Shown here one piece after another: positions 42,318 through 51,654 of a DNA stretch of 64,000 nucleotides. The position numbers were made by a program, and so were the translations under genes. The notes below the pieces were generated by a model. The model saw only the letters and a program-made list of their open reading frames with translations. It had not been told where the DNA came from and made no database searches. The stretch is from the NCBI GenBank assembly GCA_018650285.1, contig JABIGF010000028.1, positions 68,359 to 132,358 of the forward strand, given 5' to 3'. The DNA comes from Methanobacteriota archaeon. GTDB taxonomy: Archaea > Thermoplasmatota > Poseidoniia > Poseidoniales > Thalassarchaeaceae. Within the stretch, counting starts at the first letter, position 1, and the number at the start of each line of letters is the position of its first letter.

Positions 42318-43547
42318 ATGGAAGATATAGTTGGCATCATTCTAGTATTGATTGGAATTGGTACCGGAGTTTCAGTTGGCTGGTTTATTGCTAAGTCCCG
42401 ATTCTCTACTGATTTAGTTCGCTCAGAAGAGAAAATGATAGCGCAACAAGAAGCCATGGAAACAAGTAAAGAGATGCTCCATTTACAAATGCAAAAAGTG
42501 GCATCAGATGTTGCAAGTCAAAATTCTGAAGATTTCCTTCGACTTGCAGAAGAGAGGCTTGGCAAAGTACAATCTGAATCAGGTAAGGATTTAGAGGCGA
42601 GAAAGAAAGAGGTTGAAAATCTCATTAAACCGCTTCGTGACGAAATGGAAAAGTTATCCAAATCAAATATTGAAATGGAAAAAGATAGAGTTGGCGCATA
42701 TGAAGGAATTAAGCGACAATTGGAAGGTTTAGGTGAGCAAACCGAAAAATTAGGAATGCGAGCAACAGCCCTTTCCACCGCATTAACTACCTCGGGTCAA
42801 GCAAGAGGAAATTGGGGCGAGATTAAGTTACGACGCCTTTTTGAAATGGCTGGGCTAAGTGAGCATATTGACTTTTTTGAACAAGAGACAATAGAGGGCG
42901 GAGGGCGTCCTGATTTTATTGTGAGACTGCCTGAAGAAGGCATCTTGCCAATCGATTCAAAGGCATCTGGTGCAGCATTCCTCAAAGCAGTAGAACTGGA
43001 ACCTGGTCCTGAACAAGATTCACTACTTGCGGACCATGCTGTAGCAATGAAGAATAGAATTAAGGAATTAAGTTCAAAGGGCTATCAAGAAAACATTGAT
43101 GGCAATTTTGATCATGTAATAATGTTCATTCCTAGTGAAGCAACAGCAGCAGCAGCTTTCACAACTGATCCTGGATTAATGTCCTATGCAATGAGTAAAT
43201 CAATCTTAATCGCTACCCCCGTCACAGTTCTTGGATTGTTAAGAACAGTTGCACTATATTGGCAGCAGCATGATTTGGCAGAAGGGGCCCGAGAAATTTA
43301 CGAAGTATCACGTGAGATGTACAAAAGAACCAATGTTCTTGCTGAGCATTTGATAAAAGTAGGCGGACATCTTGAGAAGGCGGGAAAATCGTATAATGAA
43401 GCCATGCGTTCCTATGAATCAAGAGTTTTACCACAAGGCCGTCGTTTAGACGAGTTGAAAGTTTCTGAAACATTAACTAAATCATTACCTGAACCAAAAG
43501 AGGTTGAAACTCTCCCGCAACGAACAGAATCTTCTGAAGAAGAGTGA
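42318..43547 (+). CDS. rmuC: DNA recombination protein RmuC
   Basis: It has an N-terminal TM helix and a long coiled coil. The RmuC core follows: ARGNWGEIKLRRLFEMAGL...FIVRLPEEGILPIDSKA...MFIPSEA. The ORF is open from a TTG at 42243, but the ATG at 42318 follows AGAGG. Confidence 0.85.
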   Translation: MEDIVGIILVLIGIGTGVSVGWFIAKSRFSTDLVRSEEKMIAQQEAMETSKEMLHLQMQKVASDVASQNSEDFLRLAEERLGKVQSESGKDLEARKKEVENLIKPLRDEMEKLSKSNIEMEKDRVGAYEGIKRQLEGLGEQTEKLGMRATALSTALTTSGQARGNWGEIKLRRLFEMAGLSEHIDFFEQETIEGGGRPDFIVRLPEEGILPIDSKASGAAFLKAVELEPGPEQDSLLADHAVAMKNRIKELSSKGYQENIDGNFDHVIMFIPSEATAAAAFTTDPGLMSYAMSKSILIATPVTVLGLLRTVALYWQQHDLAEGAREIYEVSREMYKRTNVLAEHLIKVGGHLEKAGKSYNEAMRSYESRVLPQGRRLDELKVSETLTKSLPEPKEVETLPQRTESSEEE

Positions 43548-43581
43548 AGTGCTAAAGCCGCTATCTTACTGAGATGGTTTG

Positions 43582-44508
43582 ATGGAGTGGGCAGGCAAGC
43601 GGGTACTGATTACCGGCGGGGCCGGCTTCATCGGCTCTCATCTAGCCAATAGGTTGCTTGAACTAGGGGCGGATGTGACTGTATTGGACGACTGTTCGGC
43701 AGGTGATTCAGCCAAAGTTCCTGAGGCTGCAAATTTCATTGAAGGTTGCATAACAGATTCTGCTACTCGCACCTCTGCATTAGATGGAGTTGATGCCGTA
43801 TTCCATCTTGCAGCAATTGCATCAGTCCCTCTGTGCGAAGCAAATCCTGAGTGGTCAGATAAGGTAAATCTTCAAGCAAGTCTCAAAATCCTTCAAGAGG
43901 CAAGCTGCCCTATTGTGTTTGCAAGTAGTGCAGCAATTTACGGTGAACCAGTTAGTATCCCCATCAATGAAGACCACCCTATTGCCCCAGTGGGCCATTA
44001 TGGTGAGCAAAAAGCAGCGGTTGACAATGCCATTCGTTCTATTGGTGTTGATTCAAATTCAGCAGCAGCCCTCCGTTTCTTCAACGTCTTTGGTAAAGGC
44101 CAAGACCCATCATCTCAGTATAGTGGGGTGTTGTCTATTTTCATCGATCGGTCTACTAGCAATCGTCCTATTACCATATTTGGAGATGGAGAACAGACTC
44201 GTGATTTCATCCATGTTTCTGATGTGATTGCAGCACTGATTACATGCGGAGAATCTCTAATTGAACAAGGCACTTCATCCCCTGCTCACGGTGAATCATT
44301 CAACGTTTGTACAGGTCAACCTGTGACCTTAAATCAGGTAGTCAAAGTGATTGAAGATAGTATAGGCAACAAGTTAGAAGTCGGTTATGATAAAGCAAGA
44401 GATGGCGATATCAAATATAGTAGTGGAGACTCAATAAAGTTGCAACAAAATTTTGGTTGGGCTCCAAAAACCACTCTATCTGAAGGCATCTCTGACTTGA
44501 TTTCTTAA
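43582..44508 (+). CDS. NAD-dependent nucleotide-sugar epimerase/dehydratase (UDP-glucose 4-epimerase-like)
   Basis: It has VLITGGAGFIGSHL, the catalytic YGEQK (Y-x3-K) and a FNVFG segment. Confidence 0.85.
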   Translation: MEWAGKRVLITGGAGFIGSHLANRLLELGADVTVLDDCSAGDSAKVPEAANFIEGCITDSATRTSALDGVDAVFHLAAIASVPLCEANPEWSDKVNLQASLKILQEASCPIVFASSAAIYGEPVSIPINEDHPIAPVGHYGEQKAAVDNAIRSIGVDSNSAAALRFFNVFGKGQDPSSQYSGVLSIFIDRSTSNRPITIFGDGEQTRDFIHVSDVIAALITCGESLIEQGTSSPAHGESFNVCTGQPVTLNQVVKVIEDSIGNKLEVGYDKARDGDIKYSSGDSIKLQQNFGWAPKTTLSEGISDLIS

Positions 44509-44509
44509 T

Positions 44510-45253
44510 CTAATTAAGAGGCCTTCTGAAAAATCTTCTGACAAACAACTTGCGGAAAATCCTCACTCCATCGTGAATGCTTCCTAATTTTGCAGTCCCA
44601 ATTCTGTTGTGATACCTGATTGGGACTTCACCAATACGCATTTTGTTGTGAGAACAAGCAGCATACATTTCAGCTTCAATTTCAAATGAAATAGAATTGA
44701 GTTGCATGGCTGCAATCGATTGGCGTTTGAATGCCCAAAAGCCAGTACAAAGGTCACTGACAAAATTACGATAAAGAGCCACAGCAGCCCAAGTAAGAAT
44801 GTGATTTCCAATATAATTAATTCTTCCCATGGCCCCATCATCCATTTGTCCACGTAAGCGAGAACCAATGACCACATCATAATCTCCTCCATCCATTTTT
44901 GCTAGTAAATTTGGGATGTCTCTTGGGTCATAAGTTCCATCTGGGTCAAGCATCACCAATGCGTCATCATTACTTTCAAGATAGTAGGAAAACGCTTGAC
45001 GTAATCCCATTCCTTTCCCTAAACCATCACGTTGTCCATATACCTTTATCCCTAAGTCTTGTGCCACTTTTGCAGTACCGTCAGTAGAATATCCGTCAAC
45101 AACTATTATTCTGTAATTCCAACCCATTTCCTCTAGTTGAGAGGTTGGAATCATATCAACAACGACACCTAATCCTTCCACCTCGTTGCGGGCCGGAAGG
45201 AGAATGGTCAGATTCCTCATTGTATTTTCCACGCTACCTTCTCCTTCATTCAA
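44510..45253 (-). CDS. Family-2 glycosyltransferase, dolichyl-phosphate hexose synthase-like
   Basis: It has LTILLPARNE, IIVVDGYSTDGT and VMLDPDGTYDP. The TTG start at 45253 overlaps the upstream gene by 8 nt. An ATG at 45220 is an alternative start. Confidence 0.8.
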   Translation of the reverse strand: MNEGEGSVENTMRNLTILLPARNEVEGLGVVVDMIPTSQLEEMGWNYRIIVVDGYSTDGTAKVAQDLGIKVYGQRDGLGKGMGLRQAFSYYLESNDDALVMLDPDGTYDPRDIPNLLAKMDGGDYDVVIGSRLRGQMDDGAMGRINYIGNHILTWAAVALYRNFVSDLCTGFWAFKRQSIAAMQLNSISFEIEAEMYAACSHNKMRIGEVPIRYHNRIGTAKLGSIHDGVRIFRKLFVRRFFRRPLN

Positions 45254-47789
45254 CCATCGGTCGCACTTCTACCCAGTGGATTCTAACTCCATCATAGTCG
45301 AAGAGGCGATCACCTCTGCCAGTTATTGCTAATGGATTGACCCATCCATCACCTCCACCAGAGATGACAATTTCAACCTCAAAAGAGTCTTCAAGACTAG
45401 TTTCTGTGATTACTGTAAGTTGCTGCCAACCACCCTTTGTAGTGTATTGGCGTCCTTCCATTTCACTACCATCCATTGAATAGATTGCAATTTTTATTCC
45501 TTCGGGCGCATCAATCATTACATTGACTTTGGCTGTTTGGTCGTGATTTCCTCGTTCAAGTGGAATTGTAATATTCAATTCTCCTTCGCTGATGAATGGT
45601 TGAGAGTCGGGTCTTGTTACTAATTGGTCAGCATCAACCATCCACCATGGGTCAGGGCGCCATTCGCAGTCATCTTGACAAGAGGATTCAGAAGGATAGA
45701 CAAAAGTACTCATTACCGCAGAACGGCTTGTTGGAATTACCTTCAACTCCCATAGTCTACTGCCATCAATATCTCTATCTAATTCCCAGTAGGGTGAAAT
45801 GGCAATAATTTCTCCAAAAGTCCCCATTGGACTTGTTAATGCGTGCGTCACTCCAAATTGTTGCAGTGTTTCTACATCATCCCTAATGATTGCGGAACGA
45901 ACTATTCCCTGGTTGTTTACTTGTACATCAACTAACCCAAGGGACGGGAAAGTAGTCACTCCAATGTCTGGGTCCAAATCGTAGGCATTCCCCCAGTGCG
46001 CGTCCTCTGTGAAAATAACAGAATTTTCTGGTAATGCTAGAGTGCTCATTAGTTTTCGATCACCATTTGTTTGAACACGTAATTCTTCATGTGTTGATAA
46101 TTCAATAAGGAGTGCATTTGCAATTGTTAGTTGGAAAAGAACAAAAAGGAAAATTGCAATTAACCAATTACTATTGATTGGCCCAGGTAATTTCATTGGC
46201 AGCCACATCATTTCTGACTTCTCATCAATTGCTTCTTGCGCACTTGCAGAAATCTCTTCCGCACTGAGGTTTCTGCTCGCTTCTAACATTTCTTGCATGA
46301 GCGCTTCTCCAGTTTGGTCAATAGGAATAGGTCTCTCTCTTGGAGTTAATTTTGCTCGTTTCGATATCAACAGTCCAGCCAATATTGCTAGAGGTATGTG
46401 GAATGCGTGAAGTGCCATACTGTAGAGAACATATGATAACAAGGTGAAAAATGAAAATGCTAATATCCCATTCATTAGATGAATTAGAGTTAGTATCCAA
46501 TTCAAAGCAATCCAGGCGGCTAACAGAATGATTTCAACGCTATTTCTATTTCGCCAAATCGCCCAACCAGCTAAGCCTATGATAATCGGCCCGTTGAAGA
46601 TAATGAGGCTGAGTCCACCTTGCCACCCATATTCTGAAAATATTGGTTCTGAGAGAAGTCTTGGGGCAAAAGTAACGAGAACAATGTATGATGCTATTGA
46701 TAAAACAATTACCGAAGTAAGTGCTAAACGACTGACTGAAGCCTCTCTCCTAATTCCAAATTTATGAGTGAGAAGATACGCTATCAATAATGTTCCAAGG
46801 TAAAGAGAACCAGTGGGGTGGATTGCTCCAGTAGTGATAACACATAATGCGAAGAGAATATCTTGCCCCTTTCTTCTTTCAGCAACTGGCCGCAATAATA
46901 CAAGAAGTCCAATCACTAATCCAAGTTGGCTAGCGACAGTAGGGTAACCAGAATCATGTGCTTTTACGAAAAGTGCCGGGACCAAGGCGAGGCAGAGCAG
47001 GGTGGGTCCACTAGCGCCCCAGCGGTCGGCCGCCCCAGCAATTCCCCAAAGAAGTGCAAACAATGAGAGTTGTCCAACGAGGTGAACTGCTGATGCAGGT
47101 GTCATCCCTAAGGTCGATTCAAGAAGGGCAGCAGTAGCAGGGAATGCCGGCGGATAGGTCCAAAATCCCTGTGAAATTGCTGGCAGTGACAAATCGCCAG
47201 TAGTTGCTAAACGGTGAGAAAGTGTTGAAAATCCAATCCAATCGACTCCGTTTGGATACTCAAATAGCAGCAATGGAAGAAGAGAGAGAAGTGCTGCTGC
47301 TGCAAGAGCAAAAGGAAGCCAAGGTGAGCGATGTGCTGCAAGTTCTTCGACTAAAGTTTGTTTCTTCGCCACATCTTCTTCTAATTCTGTAACCCCTCCA
47401 TTGAGTGATTCAGTATTGATTGATTTTGGCATTTCTCCTTCTGCTTCAATGATGTCAGTTTTTTCTTGTAATAATTCCCATTGTGTTAAACGACGGACTC
47501 TGACAACATCTCGCTTCCAATAAATCCCTACTGATGCAAGATTTATGAGAATAAATAGCATCAATAATTTTGCCGAACTGAAATTACCTGTCATGACAAC
47601 CATCCATCCTGAAACGCCGAATACGACTAACAGAGAAATTGCTGGGGTCAGCATTATTTTGCGAAGAGTGTCAGACAATGGGTCAAGGATTCGAATGATG
47701 TGAAGGGCAGGAAATAATCCAGCGCCAAATAAGAGAATGCTACCAGCAAGAAGATGCCAAATAGCAACCGCGAACTCTCCCTCCATCAT
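45246..47789 (-). CDS. Large polytopic membrane protein (about 16 TM helices plus a C-terminal extracellular domain), possible GT-C-type glycosyltransferase
   Basis: The hydropathy pattern and the operon with a dolichyl-phosphate-sugar-synthase-like GT2 suggest a lipid-linked-sugar-dependent transferase. No diagnostic motif such as WWDYG was seen, so the function is inferred. Confidence 0.55.
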   Translation of the reverse strand: MMEGEFAVAIWHLLAGSILLFGAGLFPALHIIRILDPLSDTLRKIMLTPAISLLVVFGVSGWMVVMTGNFSSAKLLMLFILINLASVGIYWKRDVVRVRRLTQWELLQEKTDIIEAEGEMPKSINTESLNGGVTELEEDVAKKQTLVEELAAHRSPWLPFALAAAALLSLLPLLLFEYPNGVDWIGFSTLSHRLATTGDLSLPAISQGFWTYPPAFPATAALLESTLGMTPASAVHLVGQLSLFALLWGIAGAADRWGASGPTLLCLALVPALFVKAHDSGYPTVASQLGLVIGLLVLLRPVAERRKGQDILFALCVITTGAIHPTGSLYLGTLLIAYLLTHKFGIRREASVSRLALTSVIVLSIASYIVLVTFAPRLLSEPIFSEYGWQGGLSLIIFNGPIIIGLAGWAIWRNRNSVEIILLAAWIALNWILTLIHLMNGILAFSFFTLLSYVLYSMALHAFHIPLAILAGLLISKRAKLTPRERPIPIDQTGEALMQEMLEASRNLSAEEISASAQEAIDEKSEMMWLPMKLPGPINSNWLIAIFLFVLFQLTIANALLIELSTHEELRVQTNGDRKLMSTLALPENSVIFTEDAHWGNAYDLDPDIGVTTFPSLGLVDVQVNNQGIVRSAIIRDDVETLQQFGVTHALTSPMGTFGEIIAISPYWELDRDIDGSRLWELKVIPTSRSAVMSTFVYPSESSCQDDCEWRPDPWWMVDADQLVTRPDSQPFISEGELNITIPLERGNHDQTAKVNVMIDAPEGIKIAIYSMDGSEMEGRQYTTKGGWQQLTVITETSLEDSFEVEIVISGGGDGWVNPLAITGRGDRLFDYDGVRIHWVEVRPMVE

Positions 47790-47869
47790 GTCTCCTAGAG
47801 CGCATCACTCTTCAAGTGATGCGAAAAGGCAAACATTGGTTTGAAGTGGAATAGCCTCTAGCGTATGAC

Positions 47870-48460
47870 ATGAATGGGGCGATTGACTGGTCATCCCAGA
47901 ATTATCGTGAGGTAGTTCAATTACCTGAAAATTACGAGGTTCTAGACTTGACAAAAGGTGTTGTTCCTGAATCCTCGGCACTATACAAAATTGGTCGTTA
48001 TGATGAATTAAGAAAAGGGCTCTACGAGAGTGACATTTTTCAAGGCGATAGGTTCCTCCATATAGGCATTGATATTGGTGGTCCGATTGGAACTCAGTGT
48101 TACGCTTTTTGTGATTGCGAAGTGACTCATTTTGGCTACAATCCAGCGGAGGGTGATTACGGAAATGTGGTCATTACAAAACAGGTCATAGATGGTGCTG
48201 AAGTGTGGGCACTTTTTGGTCACTTAAGCAGCGAATCCATTGTGGGGAAAAAGGTAGGTCAGAAGATACCTGCCGGCGAAGTAATTGGTTGGTTTGGCGA
48301 TAAGACTGAGAATGGAGGTTGGGAGCCGCATTTGCATTTTCAATTGTCATTGATTGAACCAGTATCGCATGATATGCCAGGTGTTGTTGCTCCTGAACAG
48401 CGCACTCAAGCATTGATTGATTTCCCTGACCCTAGAAATGTGCTAGGCCCCATATATTGA
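47870..48460 (+). CDS. M23-family (LytM-type) metallopeptidase domain protein, no signal peptide
   Basis: The metal-ligand motifs are present: HIGID (H-x3-D), GDYGNVVI and PHLHFQ (H-x-H). Confidence 0.7.
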   Translation: MNGAIDWSSQNYREVVQLPENYEVLDLTKGVVPESSALYKIGRYDELRKGLYESDIFQGDRFLHIGIDIGGPIGTQCYAFCDCEVTHFGYNPAEGDYGNVVITKQVIDGAEVWALFGHLSSESIVGKKVGQKIPAGEVIGWFGDKTENGGWEPHLHFQLSLIEPVSHDMPGVVAPEQRTQALIDFPDPRNVLGPIY

Positions 48461-48508
48461 GTTGCAAGAATTGTTGTATCATATAGCAGGCCAATTGGCA
48501 ATGCAAGA

Positions 48509-49528
48509 TTATTCACTCAAGAATTCTTTGAGATTTCTAATCGCACCGATTGCACTAGGATCCTTTCCACGCAAAATTGCCACAGCACATGAAATCCAAT
48601 CCATGGCAATGCAAGAGTATAGCATTGCTTCAAGCAGTGATTCGCCTTCACAATGAAGTTGCCAAGCAATCTCAACATCAACATTATCCATCATCCATTC
48701 AACTCGCTTGGCAGTACGTTCATGCATACCACTCCAAGTCAAGAAAATTAGTGTTTGACTTTGTTTTGCGGCTTCTTCAGTCCAAGCGATAATCTCATTA
48801 TGGTTCATTTCAGGTAGTGTATTTGAACGAGCGAAAACTCCACCATTCTCATTCAATTGATTGACAAAACGGGTGCCGGCACAATCTAATTCGTGGGCGG
48901 TAACAATTCCAATTTCCTTGTCAATCATTGTCTGTGCAAGAGATAGTGTTGGTGAGTCTGGATTATTGACAAAATCAAATTCTTCAACGGTTTCTTGTAA
49001 TCTTTCTTGTAATCCCGTTAATTCTTCATAATTAACAACGCCATTCATACTTGCATTTCGTAACAGTGCCCCAAAGAGGTGGCCAAAAGCTGAACGAGGT
49101 GGTTGCCCACTAGGGACAGAGATATGGTTGGGATAAGTTGACAATTTGCCGCCACTTGAGATGACAGTAAGAGAAAGATTTCTTTCAACTGCTTTTGCAA
49201 CCCCATCCAAAGTTTCCTCAGTATTACCTGAATAGGATGTTGCGACAACATTTACTTCACTATTTGTCCAATTAGGTAAACCATAGTTTCTCCAAGTTGT
49301 CACTTGACTGTTGCCATCGTAATTTGCTAGTGATGCAAGAAAATCTCCAGCCGCTGCAGAACCACCCATGCCTAGGCAAAGTAAGTTCCGTGGCACATTT
49401 GTATTTGTGTCCATTTCTTCATTTTGGGCCATTTGTGCCATGAAATCACTAGGGAATTGGCGAAGGAATCCTAGCATATCTTCACTATCTAGTGAAGCAA
49501 CTAATTGTGAAATATTTGGTTCACTCAT
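48509..49528 (-). CDS. Bifunctional phosphoglucose/phosphomannose isomerase (SIS domain)
   Basis: It has LGMGGSAAAGDFL and ATSYSGNTEETL. The ATG at 49528 overlaps the NMD3 stop (ATGAGTGA). The track ORF extends to 49570. Confidence 0.8.
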   Translation of the reverse strand: MSEPNISQLVASLDSEDMLGFLRQFPSDFMAQMAQNEEMDTNTNVPRNLLCLGMGGSAAAGDFLASLANYDGNSQVTTWRNYGLPNWTNSEVNVVATSYSGNTEETLDGVAKAVERNLSLTVISSGGKLSTYPNHISVPSGQPPRSAFGHLFGALLRNASMNGVVNYEELTGLQERLQETVEEFDFVNNPDSPTLSLAQTMIDKEIGIVTAHELDCAGTRFVNQLNENGGVFARSNTLPEMNHNEIIAWTEEAAKQSQTLIFLTWSGMHERTAKRVEWMMDNVDVEIAWQLHCEGESLLEAMLYSCIAMDWISCAVAILRGKDPSAIGAIRNLKEFLSE

Positions 49529-50585
49529 CGTTGGCACCACCCGTGATTGCAGGCAGAGCGACCCATTCATCGCCTATGAAACCGATGCGGATAGAACTCT
49601 GAATACCATCATCATCATAGGGAAGTGATACAGTCTTGACTTTCCAATCATTTGTATCCATGAATTCGGCAGCAGATGAATCACGATTCAACAACTCAAC
49701 ATCAATTTGCTCAACATATCTGCTAACGACAGTAGTCTTCTCAAGGTCACGCCATGTCAAACCAGTTCTTTCTTGCCGGTCAACAGCAGTGATAACAGCG
49801 CCTTCTTTTTGCCATGAATAAATTAGCCAATACCTATCTTTTCTGCGAATTACATCCCCGATATCAAATGCTGGTTTACGATAAGAGATGGTCAATCGAG
49901 TGAGGTCTTCTCCGTCTTTGCGGCCAACGATTGAGTTGGTTTCTTTTGAGGTGCCACCGAATTTTCTCAAGAGATGTTTTGTCCATCCCCGAGCCAATGC
50001 TTTGCTACCAAGTACCATGTCGTAACCACCTGGTACATCACCTTCATTGTTAATGAAAAATAGAGGGTCTGGGTCAATACTGTCAATGTAGTTGTCAAAT
50101 GTTGTACGTACAGCTTTTACTTCATCTTCACCGAGTCGACGACCAGATGATCTCAGTTGCACGGTCGCCTCGAAATAATTGCCAGCCTTGCGCGTGCAAG
50201 TTGGACAAACAGCGTTGGAAATACGAACCATTGTTGAATGTATAGTTTCAAATTCAATTTCTTCAATGAATCCTGAAACTTGCACTGAAATCCTAGTATT
50301 CCGGTCATCAATTGGCTGGTGTAACATGGCGATGCCTAGGGCATTTGTTCTGCCATCTACTTCCAATACCTCTTCAATTAATCCCTCTTGATATTCTTCA
50401 TCTGTATGGTGTCCCCATCTTTTTGCGTGTAGATACATCATACATTTTGGACAACGATATCCTTGGACGGTTTCTGGAAGTTTTGAGAGTGTAGTGCGTT
50501 GTTTGAAACAAGGGATACAGAGGCGCTCAGTGGTTAGTTCACCTTCGGCGCCACAGAGGACACAAAATGCTCCGCCTAGTGCCAT
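49521..50585 (-). CDS. NMD3-family ribosomal large-subunit biogenesis/export adaptor homologue
   Basis: The N-terminal Cys clusters are CVLCG...CIPC and CPKC...C. The length is typical of archaeal NMD3. The ATG at 50585 follows AGGAGGGGG. The ORF is open from a GTG at 50639. Confidence 0.8.
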   Translation of the reverse strand: MALGGAFCVLCGAEGELTTERLCIPCFKQRTTLSKLPETVQGYRCPKCMMYLHAKRWGHHTDEEYQEGLIEEVLEVDGRTNALGIAMLHQPIDDRNTRISVQVSGFIEEIEFETIHSTMVRISNAVCPTCTRKAGNYFEATVQLRSSGRRLGEDEVKAVRTTFDNYIDSIDPDPLFFINNEGDVPGGYDMVLGSKALARGWTKHLLRKFGGTSKETNSIVGRKDGEDLTRLTISYRKPAFDIGDVIRRKDRYWLIYSWQKEGAVITAVDRQERTGLTWRDLEKTTVVSRYVEQIDVELLNRDSSAAEFMDTNDWKVKTVSLPYDDDGIQSSIRIGFIGDEWVALPAITGGANDE

Positions 50586-50717
50586 TCCGCCCCCTCCTGA
50601 TGGTTTTGGGCCGTGTGTAGTGCGCTTGAATCCTTGCACGAGAATATTGTTAGCGCATCTATCGCAGAGATATACTCAGTATCTATTATTGAGGTATTAT
50701 TGGACATATAGTTAGCG

Positions 50718-50882
50718 TCATTCTTCTTCAGTTGATTCAGCACCATCATTCAGGGTTGCTTCGGCAGCGGTAAGGCGTTCTGATAATTCGCCGACTCTAG
50801 CGAGTAGTTTCCATGTCCAGCCGCCGATAATCCCAATCATTGCCACATATGCAATTGCGAGAAATAGTGTTCCATCTGCCAT
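50718..50882 (-). CDS. ccmD: Probable heme exporter protein D (CcmD), 54 aa; below the ORF-track length cut-off
   Basis: Hand translation gives MADGTLFLAIAYVAMIGIIGGWTWKLLARVGELSERLTAAEATLNDGAESTEEE. It has a single TM helix, starts 1 nt after the ccmC stop, and has the position and size expected for CcmD. Confidence 0.55.
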   Translation of the reverse strand: MADGTLFLAIAYVAMIGIIGGWTWKLLARVGELSERLTAAEATLNDGAESTEEE

Positions 50883-50883
50883 C

Positions 50884-51624
50884 TTAATACCTCTTGTCTA
50901 ATTTACTTTGAATCTCGCTCAATCGCTCTTCCAAGCCACCAACGAGATATCTCAACATCACCTGTCCGGCGACTAAAATTTGGAATGCTACTAAGCCTAG
51001 CAACATGACCATCAGAATTTGCGGGTCAAGTCCACTATTTTCGGCGCCACCAATGACTGGCGCAGGGTGGCGATTTTGCCAAATTCTAATGGAGACAATA
51101 GTTAGTGGTACGAGAACGAATCCAAATAGGCCAATTGAAGCAAAAGTATCGCGAGAATCTTCAGTGTCAGTTTGCCCTTCATGCGCCATCACTAAGAAGA
51201 GGGAAAGTGAGGTTAATACTGCATATGTATTCAATCTCACATCAGTTAAATCCCATGGAGTCCCCCATTCAGCGGCCCCCCAAATAGGCCCACTGATAAT
51301 TACACAAAGTCCGAATACAAGTCCAAGTTGGGCGCCGACTACGTGTAATTTCCATCCCCATTCAAGTCGCTTTAGGAACCATGCTCCTGAACCAATGAAA
51401 AGCAGAGTAAATGCTTGGAATGATGCCCATGCTGCTGGTACGTGCCAAAATAGAATCCTGTATGCTTCAGGCGCCTTCCAATCATCGGGATTAACTCCTG
51501 GAGCCCAAGTGAATCCAAGCCAAAGAGTGATTGCAGCCATCAATAATCCGAGAAGAGTGAGAACTATCCCAAGAGTTAGGACCCACCTCTTCATATCACT
51601 CGTGAGTTGTCGGTTATCCTTCAA
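50884..51624 (-). CDS. ccmC: Heme exporter / heme lyase subunit CcmC
   Basis: It has the conserved FWHVPAAW His motif and the Trp-rich WGAAEWGTPWDLTDVRL motif (WGxxWxWD-type), with 6 TM helices. Confidence 0.85.
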   Translation of the reverse strand: MKDNRQLTSDMKRWVLTLGIVLTLLGLLMAAITLWLGFTWAPGVNPDDWKAPEAYRILFWHVPAAWASFQAFTLLFIGSGAWFLKRLEWGWKLHVVGAQLGLVFGLCVIISGPIWGAAEWGTPWDLTDVRLNTYAVLTSLSLFLVMAHEGQTDTEDSRDTFASIGLFGFVLVPLTIVSIRIWQNRHPAPVIGGAENSGLDPQILMVMLLGLVAFQILVAGQVMLRYLVGGLEERLSEIQSKLDKRY

Positions 51625-51654
51625 CTTGATGGAGAGTTGCCCCGCCGTATTTCT

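Noticed and set aside
42318-43547. RmuC, the KaiC-like ATPase, Maf and the radical-SAM gene considered as parts of an anti-phage defence island
   Set aside because: They are scattered singly among housekeeping genes, tens of kb apart. I found no adjacent nuclease/toxin, methylase-restriction or CRISPR-Cas partners, and no clustering typical of defence islands.
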